NCBI GenBank assembly: GCA_024679065.1
Contig: JAGIQG010000104.1
Coordinates: 1-64,000 of the forward strand
DNA: 64,000 bases
Source: Sphyrna mokarran
Taxonomy: Eukaryota
Reading direction: 5' to 3'
A model generated the notes under the pieces. That model was not told where the DNA came from, made no database searches, and saw only the letters and a list, made by a program, of their open reading frames with translations. This document shows, in pieces, positions 26,096 through 37,059 of the stretch. Each line of letters starts with the position of its first letter. Positions within the stretch are counted from its first letter, which is position 1. The position numbers and the translations under genes were made by a program.

Positions 26096-27100
26096 TTGAT
26101 ACACTTTTTCCTTCTCCCTGAGTAGAAGGAGGCCATTCGGCTCACCCACTATTCAATGAAATCGCGACTGATCTGATGTGATAATCCTCAACTCCATTTT
26201 CCCACAATATCCCCATCAGCCTTGTTTTCTTGCAGATTAAAAACCTGTCCATCCCTGTATTCAAAGTATTTAATAGCAGCCCTATACAACCATCTGCGAT
26301 AAAGAAGTCCACAGATTCAATACCATTTAAAGGAAGAAATTCTTCATCTTCTCTCTCTTTAAATCGACAACCCCTCACTCTTGGTTTTAACCTCTAGTCC
26401 TAGACTCTTCCAACAAGGAATAAAATAGAAGTCTACATTAGCCCTTCGTATCTGAGCCGTCTAAAGACAACCCAACTGACTTTTCTAATCCCATTTCCAG
26501 CACTTGGCTCATTACTCTGTATGATATGGCATCAAAAATGCATAACCAAGTGTTGTGAGAGTCTCTGTGGCTATGACTGTATCAGATAGTGAGTTCCAGA
26601 TTTCCCTCTAACTCTCCTACCCTGTACCTTAAATCAATGTCTCCTCTACACCACACCCTTCCCTCCAGAAAAAACGTTCCTCATTGATCCCTCTAAAATG
26701 GGGATAGGTGTTTTCCTGACTATGTTATCTCTGCCCCTCATTCAGGTGAAGTGACTTTTACAGTGTTGCCTAACTTTATGACTCTAATGGGGTGGGCCTG
26801 CTTTAACTATCTATCAATGTATCATTTAAAAGCATTACACACAACCCATTTCAGGTGGGTTTTTATGATAAAGACCAGTTAGATGTTTTAAGGAAACAAT
26901 CCTGATATGTGGAAACAATAAAGCTCTCATCTGCTCTATCTCAATGCCCAGTGAAGCTGTTCTTTGGATTCCCAATGAAAACTGCTCACCCGTTCCATAC
27001 AAAAACAGTAATAATTGAAATATCACAGCGACTGTATGTCTCAATGAAGCCATAGGGGAAAAATAACATATTGAGCAATCATCCAGAGTTAGTTACTTAC

Positions 27101-27163
27101 TGGGTTCCACTATCAGCCTGGTTCCAATGCCAAAGATGAGCTTTCTAGTCTCGCCATATGTCA
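27101..27163 (-). CDS. TCR alpha/delta-type J segment with 12-RSS (27164-27191)
   Basis: TYGETRKLIFGIGTRLIVEP, FGxG motif, A|GTAAGT donor; RSS CACAATC-12nt-ACAAGATCT. Confidence 0.9.
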
Positions 27164-27431
27164 CACAATCTTTCATTCCATAACAAGATCTCTTGCGGTC
27201 TGGTCCACCTCTCTCTGTCCCTCTGTCGTGTCCCACTTGGGGTCGGTCAGACTAGTAATGGTGTACTCTCAGTGAATATCACTGTGGGAATGGAAGGAAG
27301 TTGTGGGGAGTGCTGTGGAGGGGGAGGGGGTGTGGGTAATGTTGGCTACAATTGAGAGAGCTTGGTGTTCTGCTGAGTGGCTGGGAGGTTATTGACCCGC
27401 TTTAAGGAGGTTTCAGCTATTATGGTACCAC

Positions 27432-27553
27432 GATATAATCCCCACCATGTTCAGGTTTCTGTACCCCTCTCTCCGGGTTCTATATCACGGTGTCTATAAT
27501 GCCCACCATGTTCAAGTTTCTGTACTGCTCTCTCCGTGTTCTCTATCACTGTG
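27432..27553 (-). repeat. Tandem 61-bp duplication carrying two 23-spacer RSSs
   Basis: RSS1 CACAGTG(27553-27547)-23-ACAGAAACT; RSS2 CACCGTG(27492-27486)-23-ACAGAAACC. Confidence 0.85.
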
Positions 27554-27859
27554 TTGTGCGTTGACTCAGTGCACAGTAGTACACAGCCGAGTCGCTCAGT
27601 TGCAGTTTGGAGATTGTTAATCGGCTGATTTTCTCGCCAGAATCGATAGAAGCAGAAATTCTGTCTCTGGCAATGTTTTCTTTGTTGTCCCCTCCTGAAG
27701 TGTGTGCCTGTTGCAATAATTTCGGAGCCTGCCCTGGAGATTGGCTGTACCAGTGTACTGTGTACTGACATAACCCTGAATATTCACATCTTAGAATAAC
27801 CGTGTTCCCTGCAGCAGAGGTTTGGAGAGACGGATTCTTGGACACCAGGGAACTGGAAT
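27554..27859 (-). CDS. Leaderless 'supporting' TCR V segment (NAR-TCR-supporting Vdelta type)
   Basis: DSSSLVSKNPS...LRCEYSGLCQYTVHWYSQSPGQAPKLL...DSAVYYCALSQRT; extra CDR1 Cys; CCTTCAG| acceptor; 23-RSS; no spliceable leader found. Confidence 0.9.
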
Positions 27860-29789
27860 CTGAAGGATTAAAAAAAATGATGTTTTATCCACTTTTTTAC
27901 CGTGCAACATGGGAATCACAGGAATATGTCTTCATTTGCGGTATTCTAATTAAATATTATAAAATTTCATATTAAATCTGATGGAACTATATTCACTCTT
28001 ATTACGATACAAACTAGTGAAGCCTGAGGCAATATCTCTTACACACCAAGTACTACTGATCTGGAATGTATTGTCATAATGAGTTGTGGGAGCAGATTCA
28101 ACAGTGAATGACCAGTTGGTCATTACCAAATGGTCAAGTACCGGCACAGGAAAGGCAAGCAGGGTAATGGGGAAAAATTCGTGGGCATTAGGAAGAATTG
28201 GATTTCATTTATAAAGGGCCAACATCTACAAGAAGGGCCGAATGCCATTCTTCCACCCTACATGATCCTGCGATGGAGAGTACAATCCAGCTTCTATTTT
28301 CATTATTGACAGACAAGCACTAGGGAACATTTTATCATCAGTGAAGCAATCCGTTTCCAGACATGATTGTCCCAGGATAACCCAGATAAGCTCCACACCA
28401 AGCACAGCAAGACCCAACAGAGTGTTATTGTGATTCATCAGCTCCAAAGGGGCTGAACGAAGCTGCACATCGATGGTCAAATGTCATTAATTTATTTTGG
28501 TTTAAAACTTCTGGGAGTTTATGTTTGCCTTTTCATCCATTTGTTTATCTATTTTTCTATTTCTATTAAAATAGGACTGTTTAATCAGTTTCATTTTATT
28601 TATATTTTCATGTTCTATTGTTCGGTGTCTTGTAATCATGAGAACTTGTCTCAAAGTCTCCCAGCTGTCTGTTGGGTTCAGTTTGTTCAGTTTCCACAGT
28701 GGTTTTACAGTTACACACAGGGAACCGTCTCTTCCGGCTCTCTGACAATTTTAATTCCTTCTGCACATTAATGTTCTTTCCCTGGTTTTTGGGGCAGGGT
28801 TTTCTCTATGTTTTACGTTATTAAGAGTCTGCCAAAATATATTGTACCATTTGGCCCAACTGATTTATGTTGCAAATTTATCCAAACTTACCTCCTCCAT
28901 CCAGAAATCCAGTTGATATTTACATCCAGCTCCCTTTGTAAATCTATTACCTTCTCCCCCCGTATGCTCAAGATGCCCCACAAATGCAACAAAACTACCT
29001 TCTCCAACAGTTCTATGTGCCAAGTTCTGACAATCCACCGTACAGTTATTACTCTCAATCTGTTTATTAGTTTTATTAGTGCCAATCATGTATAAATTGT
29101 TCTAAACTCACATACAAATAAAGAACTGGTCAACACCCACACATTATACAATCAGAATTTAAACGGTTTCTATGAATTCTTCTCTTCTCTCTTTACTTTC
29201 CAGAGGGAACGCTAAAATCTTCCCTGTTTTCAACAAAGTTGGGGCTAAATCACCAACACATTCCTGAACTTATCCAGTAAAAAAAGATCCTTTTAGTTTG
29301 GAAAATCTTGTCTGTAATTGCCTTGAATACACAAAACCACTGAGCATTCACAGTTTTCTGATATAAACGCTTCTCAGATACTCATAAAAGGGAATAACCG
29401 AAAGAATTTATCTTCTTCTCAATTATTGACAATTATTTAAAAGTTGTGACCCAAAGCTAAAGGCGTCCCTGCCTGGACACATGCCCAGAATCTGTTTCGT
29501 CAAACCTCCGGAGAATATTTTCTGTTGAATTGGCTGTCATGCTTCTGAACTCTTAAGAAGGTAGCATTTGGATACTTAATACCTTCACATAGGGCAATCG
29601 CTTTCAGTATAGAACCTGGTGTGGCAATCATTGGTTCACTTACTTCAAAGAGATAAGCCATTCCTGATGGTTGTGTTAAAATTGTTTCAGAGTGCTCCAG
29701 ATTGGGTTTCCAGATTGGGCCACATTTCACTTATCACCACAATCAATTCCTCTTCCAAGTGGTGTTGAAAACAGAGGAATTCAATATCT

Positions 29790-30455
29790 AGGGGAACGGA
29801 TGGGGTGAACGGCAGATCAATGGCAGATGGAACTTAATCCTGAAAATTGCATGGGGATACATGTTGGGAGGAGTAACAAGACAAGGGAGTATTTAATAAA
29901 TGGCAGGACACTGGAAAGCTCAAATGAACAGAAAGATTTGATTCCTTGTCCACAAATCACTGAAGGCGATAGGACATGATAATTGGGGCAGACGGGACAA
30001 TCGCTTTAATAACTCATGGCATAAATTATTAAAACTGCCGGGTTATGTTAGAGCTGTACAAAGATTTCGATAGGCCACATCTATCGCCTCACTATTGAAA
30101 GAATATGATTTCACTGAAAGGGTACGGAGGAGATTCACCATAATGTCGCCTGCGAAGGAGAATTTGAACTTCAAGATGAGCCTGGATAAGCTTATATTGT
30201 GCTCTTCAGAGCAGAGACCCACTTTGAGATCTATAAGTTTATACAGGAATTGACAGGGTAAATGGGAATCAAATTCTCCTCACAGTTGAAGGGTCAATAA
30301 ATAGGTGGCATATGTTTAGAAAGGGAGATGGACGTAGATGAACTTGCGAAACATTTAAGGCTGTGGGTCTAGTGCTGGAAGATGGAATTCATGAAGATTT
30401 TGTTGGTACAGACTTGATAAGCTGAAGGGCCTATTCCATGTTATATAATTCTGTG
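29790..30455 (+). mobile_element. Decayed CR1 fragment (paralogous to 31620-32050)
   Basis: Shares idiosyncratic sequence such as GAAGGCGATAGGA..GGGGCAGACGGGAC with 31620-32050. Confidence 0.75.
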
Positions 30456-31036
30456 ATAGCAGATTTCAATATGCTGTACCAACAGGCAAGGAAGACATCA
30501 TGGAACATTCTTCATCTTAGAAAGAAGTAAAAGAAACAATCTTTAATTAGTGGAATGGCCTTGGAAGTAATTGACAACTTAAATGGCCAATCAGGGCATT
30601 AATGGGAGGATTGGGTTTGCCATGGTCATTTCCGGTGCCATGTCACAGCCAAGTACAATATCTGAATATTCCTCTTTCAGACGCCGCAACAATTTCTTTC
30701 TACTCAGTGCCTCGCTCAGCTTCATTACAGACAGCATGTAAAAGTAAACCATATTGCTTTATACTGATGACCATATTTACTACACCAGGTGGAAACGGCA
30801 GATTTCCATCCGTAACGGGTTTATCATCGCCATACTGAGACTGGTCTTTACTTCCAGTTGCTCACATAAATTTCCATTAAATTGCACCAGCTGCCCTGGT
30901 GAGATTTGACCGTGTGCAGGCTGAGCACTGGGTCACAGAAATACTAACGCAATTACATTACCACCACATCACCAACTCCACAGTGCGGACATGAACCCAG
31001 TAAGTCTGTAAGATATTTCGGCTTGGAGTCACTTAC

Positions 31037-31384
31037 CAGCTGTGACATTCACCACCGTTCCAGGTCCGTCTGCATAACCCGCTTTTGAAACGCTAGTTCC
31101 ACATCCATGTTTATACTGAGCTTTACAGTAATAGATGGCGGTGTCTTCAACTCTCACATCCTGAATTTCAAGAGAAAATGTGTTTTGTGCTTTATTCACC
31201 GATACAACAAATCTTCCTCCGCTGGAGATCCTCTCCCGTTCTTTCCCGCTCTGGGTTTGTCTAAAGAAATGTCCGCCCTCCAAACTAGAATAATCAGCTT
31301 TGAAAACACAGGTGATGGTGAGAGACTGACACTCCTTCCTGGTCACCGCTGTTGGGCTCTGTGTCACTGACTGACTGAAAGATT
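31037..31384 (-). CDS. Germline-joined, leaderless NAR-type V(D)J exon
   Basis: 348-nt open phase 1-1 exon ESFSQSVTQSPTAVTRKECQSLTITC...DTAIYYCKAQYKHGCGTSVSKAGYADGPGTVVNVTA; no RSS inside; G|GTAAGT donor; leader donor mutated GT>AT at 31531. Confidence 0.9.
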
Positions 31385-31619
31385 CTGGAAATTAAACACA
31401 GAGAGTTTAATGGGCCGTCAGAGCCAAATCACACAACAGAGTTAAACCCCAAACAATGTCTGTAATTGGGATAAATTGGAGCAGATTTATATCCAATCCA
31501 CAGAATGTGGGTTAGTTTGAATAGTACTCATAGGGTAAACAGACTCCCTCCTCACTCTCTCACTGCACTGTGTGTATGTCTGTGTGTGGAGGATGGTGGG
31601 TATGTAAGCTTTCACATGG

Positions 31620-32050
31620 AACGAAGATTAACAGAATGGCTAATAGTGAGGAAGAAGTCAAAGATTGTCGGATAATATTGACAGCTTGGTCAGATGGCAG
31701 GTCAATGGCTCATGGAACTTAACACTGAAAAGTGCGAGTGGATGCACGGTGGGAGGAGTAACAAGACAAGGGAGTATTTAATGAATGACAGAGCCATGGA
31801 AAGCTCAAATGAACAGAAAGATTTGACTCCTCATCCACAAGGCCCTGAAGGCGATAGGAGATGATACTAGGGGCAGACGGGACGATTGTCTTTATAAGTC
31901 GTGCAAAAACAAAGAATATTAAAACAGCAGGATTATGTTAAAGCTGTACAAAGCTTTCGATAGGCCACATCTGGAGTACTGTGTACAGTGCTGTTAGCCT
32001 CAGTATTGAAAAAAATATGATTTCACTGAAGGTTTAGAGAGGAGGTTTGT
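31620..32050 (+). mobile_element. Decayed CR1 fragment replacing the leader/promoter region of the joined V
   Basis: Paralogue of 29790-30130. Confidence 0.75.
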
Positions 32051-35000
32051 GAGAGAGTCTGTGTGTGTCAGAGAGAGAGAGGGAGAGGAGAGAAAGTGTA
32101 TGAGAGAGAATGTGTGATAGAGAGCCACAATGAAGTGTTTGATTCGATTTCTGGCTTGGGTCACTATCTGTTGGAGTTTGTAAGGTCTCCTCCTGTTTGT
32201 GTGCGTTTCCTCCGGGTGTTCCAGATTCCTCCACATTCTGAAAGATTTGCTAGTTCAGCGCATTGATCCGAATAGGCGCCAGACTAGGGGAATTTCACAA
32301 TAATTTCATTGCACTGTTAATGTAAGCCTCACTTGTGACTAAAAAAAAACTTTATCCTCTCGTGTTTCTCCAAACTCTGGGGGAAAAAAGACCCACCATG
32401 TTCCCCCCTTGAAGAGAGAGTGAATTGTTGCTGGTTTCTTCCCTAAGGAAAGCATACATTGATTCAATAGTTCCAACTGATAGGAAAAGCAAATTAGTGC
32501 AGATGCTGGTATCTGAAATCAAAAGAGAAAATGCTGGAAAATCTCAGCAGGTCTGACAGTATCTCTAAGGACAGAAAAGAGCTGATATCGCGAGTCCAGA
32601 TGACCCTTTGTCAAACATTATCTTGAATGCCTTCAACACTGACTATCCACAACTCTCGGGTGCACATAATTCTCACATTCACCACAATGGCTTTGACTGA
32701 AGAAATCTCTCCCCTTCTCAGTCCAAATGGCTGAACAGGTTTTCTGCAAATCTGACCCCAAGTTACAGACTTTCTACTCTAGAAAAACACAAACACCCAG
32801 AGTTTGTCTTGTCATATCCTTTGAGAATAAAATAAATTCTATTGAGTTCACTCCTTATTCCTTTAATCTTAATGTAAGTGAAAAAGGCAATGGGTCTTCA
32901 ATCCCTTCTCAAAGGACAAGCATTTTATCCAAAGACTCTATTTGAAGAACTATCGTTAAATTCCCTCTGAAGTATGTAGATCCTTCCTAAACAAAGAGAC
33001 CAAATATTACACTACAACCATAATCTCCACAAATTTCAATACCAATCCTGAGATGTTAGGGTGTTGTATTTTCAGTTTTCTTCAGAAACAATCCAATCCT
33101 TCTCTCTCTGTCGATTAGAACAAAGAACAAAGAATAAAACAGCACGGGAAACAGCCCCTTCGGCCCAACGAGCCCGCTCTGCCACCCCGATATTCCCACC
33201 TCTACCCGCGATCCCTGTCCATGTTTATAGATCTATGGTTTAAAAACCAAATTTGAGACAATTTAGGGAGAATTTGTTTTGCTAATTGCTTGTTCTAATG
33301 GAATATCACCTTCGCATTTGTTTGCTGTTGTTCCTGTTCCCTTTCATACGATTTTCACATCATCTTCACTCTCTTATTGCACTGTGTGATTTCAATTAAC
33401 AGTAATCAGGAATACAAATATATTACAGCAATAGCTCAGAAATAACCATCACCGCCCTTCTGTATGTCCTGACCCATTGGCAGGACAGACTCAGCAGAGC
33501 TAGCGGCACAATGGGGTATAGTCGGGAACCACTTGCCCTGAGAGTTCTCAACATCGACTCTGAACCGCATAAACACTTCTGACATCAGGTCAGACATTGA
33601 CAAGGGAACTGCTGCTGACTACTACGTGGCTCCGCTGATGTATCTAAACTCCTCTATTTTGAACAAAAAAAAATGAAGGAAGCAGTGAAGATGGCAAGAA
33701 CACAGAATGAACTCTGTTTGGGGGGCTTGAATATTCATCACTACGATTGGCTCGATAGCATATAGCTCGACATAACTGCTAAACTGGAACTGTGGCAGGG
33801 AGCAAGGAAACTGCCAAGAGGGCAAAACACATATTTGACCTCATCCTCAGCAAAATAATTGCCGCAGAGGCATCACCGGAGCAGTGTCAGCAGGACTGAC
33901 AATTTACAGCTCTTGTGGACACAAAGTCCTGTCTTCACATTGAGCTACGCTCCATCCTGTAGTCTGACACAGTCACTGTGCTAAATGGGATAGGGTTTGA
34001 GCCGATCTAGCAACTCATTACTCGGCATCCATGAGGCATTATGGACCATCAGCAGCAGCATTGCACTCAAACCCAATCTGTAACCTTGTGGCTCAGCACA
34101 TCCACTGCAGTGACATTAGCAGACACGGGATTAACACTGGTTCAATGAAGACTCCAGGAAGCAACAGCAGCAGCAACACCAGGCAATGCTATAAGTGATT
34201 TGTCAATCCAGTAAAGATAAGGCTAAGCTTTGGCAACAATTTTCATCCTGAGGTATTGAGTGGATGATCCATCTCAACCACCTCCAGAGGTCCCTAATGT
34301 CACTGATGTCAGTTTCCATCAAACTGAATTCACTCCATGTGATTTCAGTACCGGCTGAAGGCAATGGATGCTGCAAAGACTGTGGGCCCTGGAAATATGC
34401 GTGTAACAGTACAGAAGACCTATGCTCCAGAATTAACCACTCACGGTGGAAAATGAAAAGAAAAGTTATTGTTTATATTGAGGAAAATTTAAAAAAATAT
34501 ACAATGTCATTGATTCCAATCATTGACTTCTCTAATACAAAATTCCTTCAAACCTAGAATAAGTATTGTTTAATTCTCTGTTCGCAGTCTGGGTCAGATA
34601 ATGATGGAGTCGCTGCCTTTAAATGACATCGATCTCATTCAGCCGGTAGCTTATTCACATTGCACGGCTGGGACTGCGAACTACTGCTGAGGAGAGAGCT
34701 CTGACACTCCGCTGTGGGGCTGTAAACGGCAGACATATCTCTTACATTCACTTCTTACAACCAGACTGGATTCTAGAGTGTCCTCAATTTAAGTTTGTTG
34801 AAAAAAAAACTATCAGGAGTGTCAGACTGGTTGATGTTGATGTGCCTCTTAAAGCAACGTTCGCCCAGATGTTGTCAACTCTCTCAGAACCCTGAACACC
34901 AGGACCCGCACCCCGCGCCCCACCACCCTCTCGCCCCGAACCCCCTCCGCCCCCGCCCCAGTCTCCCCCCAAAGTTTCATCCCACTACCGCTGCCCCGCT

Positions 35001-35209
35001 GACAACCGACTCCATCAGCTCTCAAAGAGACTTTCCCCGGGACTGACTGGAGCCGGTTCCAGAATCACACCCTGCTCCCAACTCCTAATCTGTAACGGAT
35101 GATTTTCCACAGGAAGATCCGATGGGATTGAAATACAGATCACAATGATAAAGTGAAGGGGGAGATTAAAGGAGACAGACTGTAACAAGACGGGATTGGA
35201 GTCACTTAC

Positions 35210-35267
35210 CGGCTGTGACCCTCACCACCGTCCCGGTTCCATCCACATAATCATATTTCCAATCATA
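35210..35267 (-). CDS. NAR-type J segment with 23-RSS (35268-35306)
   Basis: YDWKYDYVDGTGTVVRVTA, G|GTAAGT; CACAGTG-23nt-ACAAAAACC consensus RSS. Confidence 0.92.
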
Positions 35268-35646
35268 CACAGTGACTCCGCCCTCAGTCACCTCTGTACA
35301 AAAACCACCGATATCCCAATCTGCCGGAAAACCATCACCAGACATCGAGAAGTGTCCAATTATTCGGGGGATTTAAAATCAATAAATAATATTCAGCGTT
35401 TCAACGTCTCTGTCGGTTCAAACTGTAATTTTGTGAGGCCCGATCTCTCAGTAAATGGCCGCAGGAAGGAAATATTCACTTTATATATAGCCAAAAATAT
35501 CAAGGAAAGATGTGAATGGTGGAGATTACAGTAGAAATAATCCCGATCACAGCGATAATATCATCAAACCAATGATTCACTCTCTGGGTACTGAGTATTG
35601 ATAGTGTAATTATGCACAGGTATTTGTTCAGCTTCTTTCCACAGTG

Positions 35647-35662
35647 ACTTTCCCAAATATTA
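35647..35662 (-). other. NAR-type D segment flanked by 12/12 RSSs (35619-35646 and 35663-35690)
   Basis: GGTTTTGAT-12-CACTGTG [TAATATTTGGGAAAGT] CACTGTG-12-ACAAATACC; open frames NIWES and IFGK. Confidence 0.85.
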
Positions 35663-36074
35663 CACAGTGTTACAATTCAGCATCAAAACCTCGGGGACTG
35701 GGTGGGATGTTGGAACATGAATTAAACAGAGCGGAAAGTGGCTCCCAGTTCCGGCTGTGAGCCGAGGATCCCATCTGGTGTCAGGGTTTGTAACTGGGAT
35801 CAGTCATTTCCATTTTCAATTCACCGACAGCACTCCCGGGAATGACAGCCCCATCCACTCACACTCCGTATTTATAAACCTCAACATAGCAACGGTGATA
35901 ATCAGGTCTTATTAAAAATAAACTGTGGCATCAGGAGTGTGAGGGATTGGCGGGTAGTGGGATTGGGGGGCGCGGTGGTGGTTCAGGGTAGATTAACTCC
36001 GGTTTTCCCTTTGGTTCTGTGAGAATCCGCAAAGAAAGTTTTTGTATCGCCGGAAGCTGAGGTCCATCACTGTG

Positions 36075-36353
36075 TCTTGTACTTGGCTTTACAGTAATAG
36101 GTGGCGGCGTCTTCAACTCTCAAATCCCGAATTTCCAGCGAAAATGTCTTTCCTGCTTTGTTCACAGACACAGTAAATCTCCCTCCGTTGGAGATCAGCT
36201 CCCACTCCTTCCCGGGCTGGGTTTGTTTGAAGAATTCGCCGTTTACTAAGCGAGCATAAGCAGAACCATACAAATCACAAGTGATGGTGAGAGACTCACA
36301 CTCCTTCTTGGTCACCTCTGCCGGGTTTTGTGTCACTGACTGACTGAAAGATC
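36075..36353 (-). CDS. Rearranging NAR-TCR V segment with 22-nt-spacer RSS (36074-36037)
   Basis: RSFSQSVTQNPAEVTKKECESLTITC...GGRFTVSVNKAGKTFSLEIRDLRVEDAATYYCKAKYK; IgNAR-like short FR2/CDR2 region, FR1 extra Cys; CACAGTG-22-ACAAAAACT. Confidence 0.92.
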
Positions 36354-36501
36354 CTGGAAATTAAACACAGAGAGTTTAATGGACCATCAGATCCGAACCA
36401 CACAACGGGGCTAAAACCCCAAACAGTGTCTGTAATTGGGATGGACTGGGACAGCTTTATATCCAATCCACACAATGTGGGTTAGTTTGGTCGGTACTCA
36501 C

Positions 36502-36544
36502 GGGGTAAACAGGCACACAGGGTGAAAACAAGAAGGATTCCCAT
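36502..36544 (-). CDS. Leader exon of the NAR-TCR V
   Basis: MGILLVFTLCACLP followed by C|GTGAGT phase-1 donor. Confidence 0.88.
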
Positions 36545-36659
36545 CTCCCTGCTGCCCGGAGCTGATGGTTTATGTGACGGGGAGCTGGAGACTGCAGAGT
36601 CTGGCTGCTCTGGGACACTGGATCTCAGAACTGAACTGAAATACCTCAGGCCTGAACAT

Positions 36660-36686
36660 TGTTAATTTAGGCCACGCCCATTGTTT
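36660..36686 (-). promoter_or_regulatory. Candidate V promoter
   Basis: AACAATGG (SOX/HMG) - GGGCGTGG (GC box) - TAAATTAA (TATA-like), ~120 nt upstream of the leader ATG. Confidence 0.35.
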
Positions 36687-37059
36687 AAAATAAAACTCGA
36701 GAATGGAAAGGTGACAGAAAGCTGGGAAGATTCAGTCGAGGCTCCACAGTTATCACTGACTCGGAGCTCCCGACCCCAAAATCTGATCCCGTCACTCCTC
36801 TGGGTGTTGTCTCTCAGGGTTTGTGATTGTCCCTCTTTGTCAAAAGTAAGGAAGATACTTATTCTTCTTGTTTCAGTGTCCAATTGTAGAGATGGAAGTT
36901 AGGGCAGTGATATGCTCCTTTTTCTAGATATAGAAGATTAGGGAACTTTCTAGTGTCCCTGATAACTATGATCAGCAGTGTGATCAGCTGCAGTTCCTTA
37001 CACACTGCAGGGTCCGGTTGGAGCAGCGGCTGGAAACATTCTCACTGGATCCAGGAGGA

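Noticed and set aside
27245-27300. CACAGTG heptamer (minus, 27286-27280) between the supporting V and J as a D-segment RSS
   Set aside because: No acceptable nonamer at 12 or 23 nt and no 5' RSS; at most a vestige
35527-35575. Possible second NAR D segment (TACAGTA..CACAGCG)
   Set aside because: One heptamer lacks CAC and both nonamers are poor
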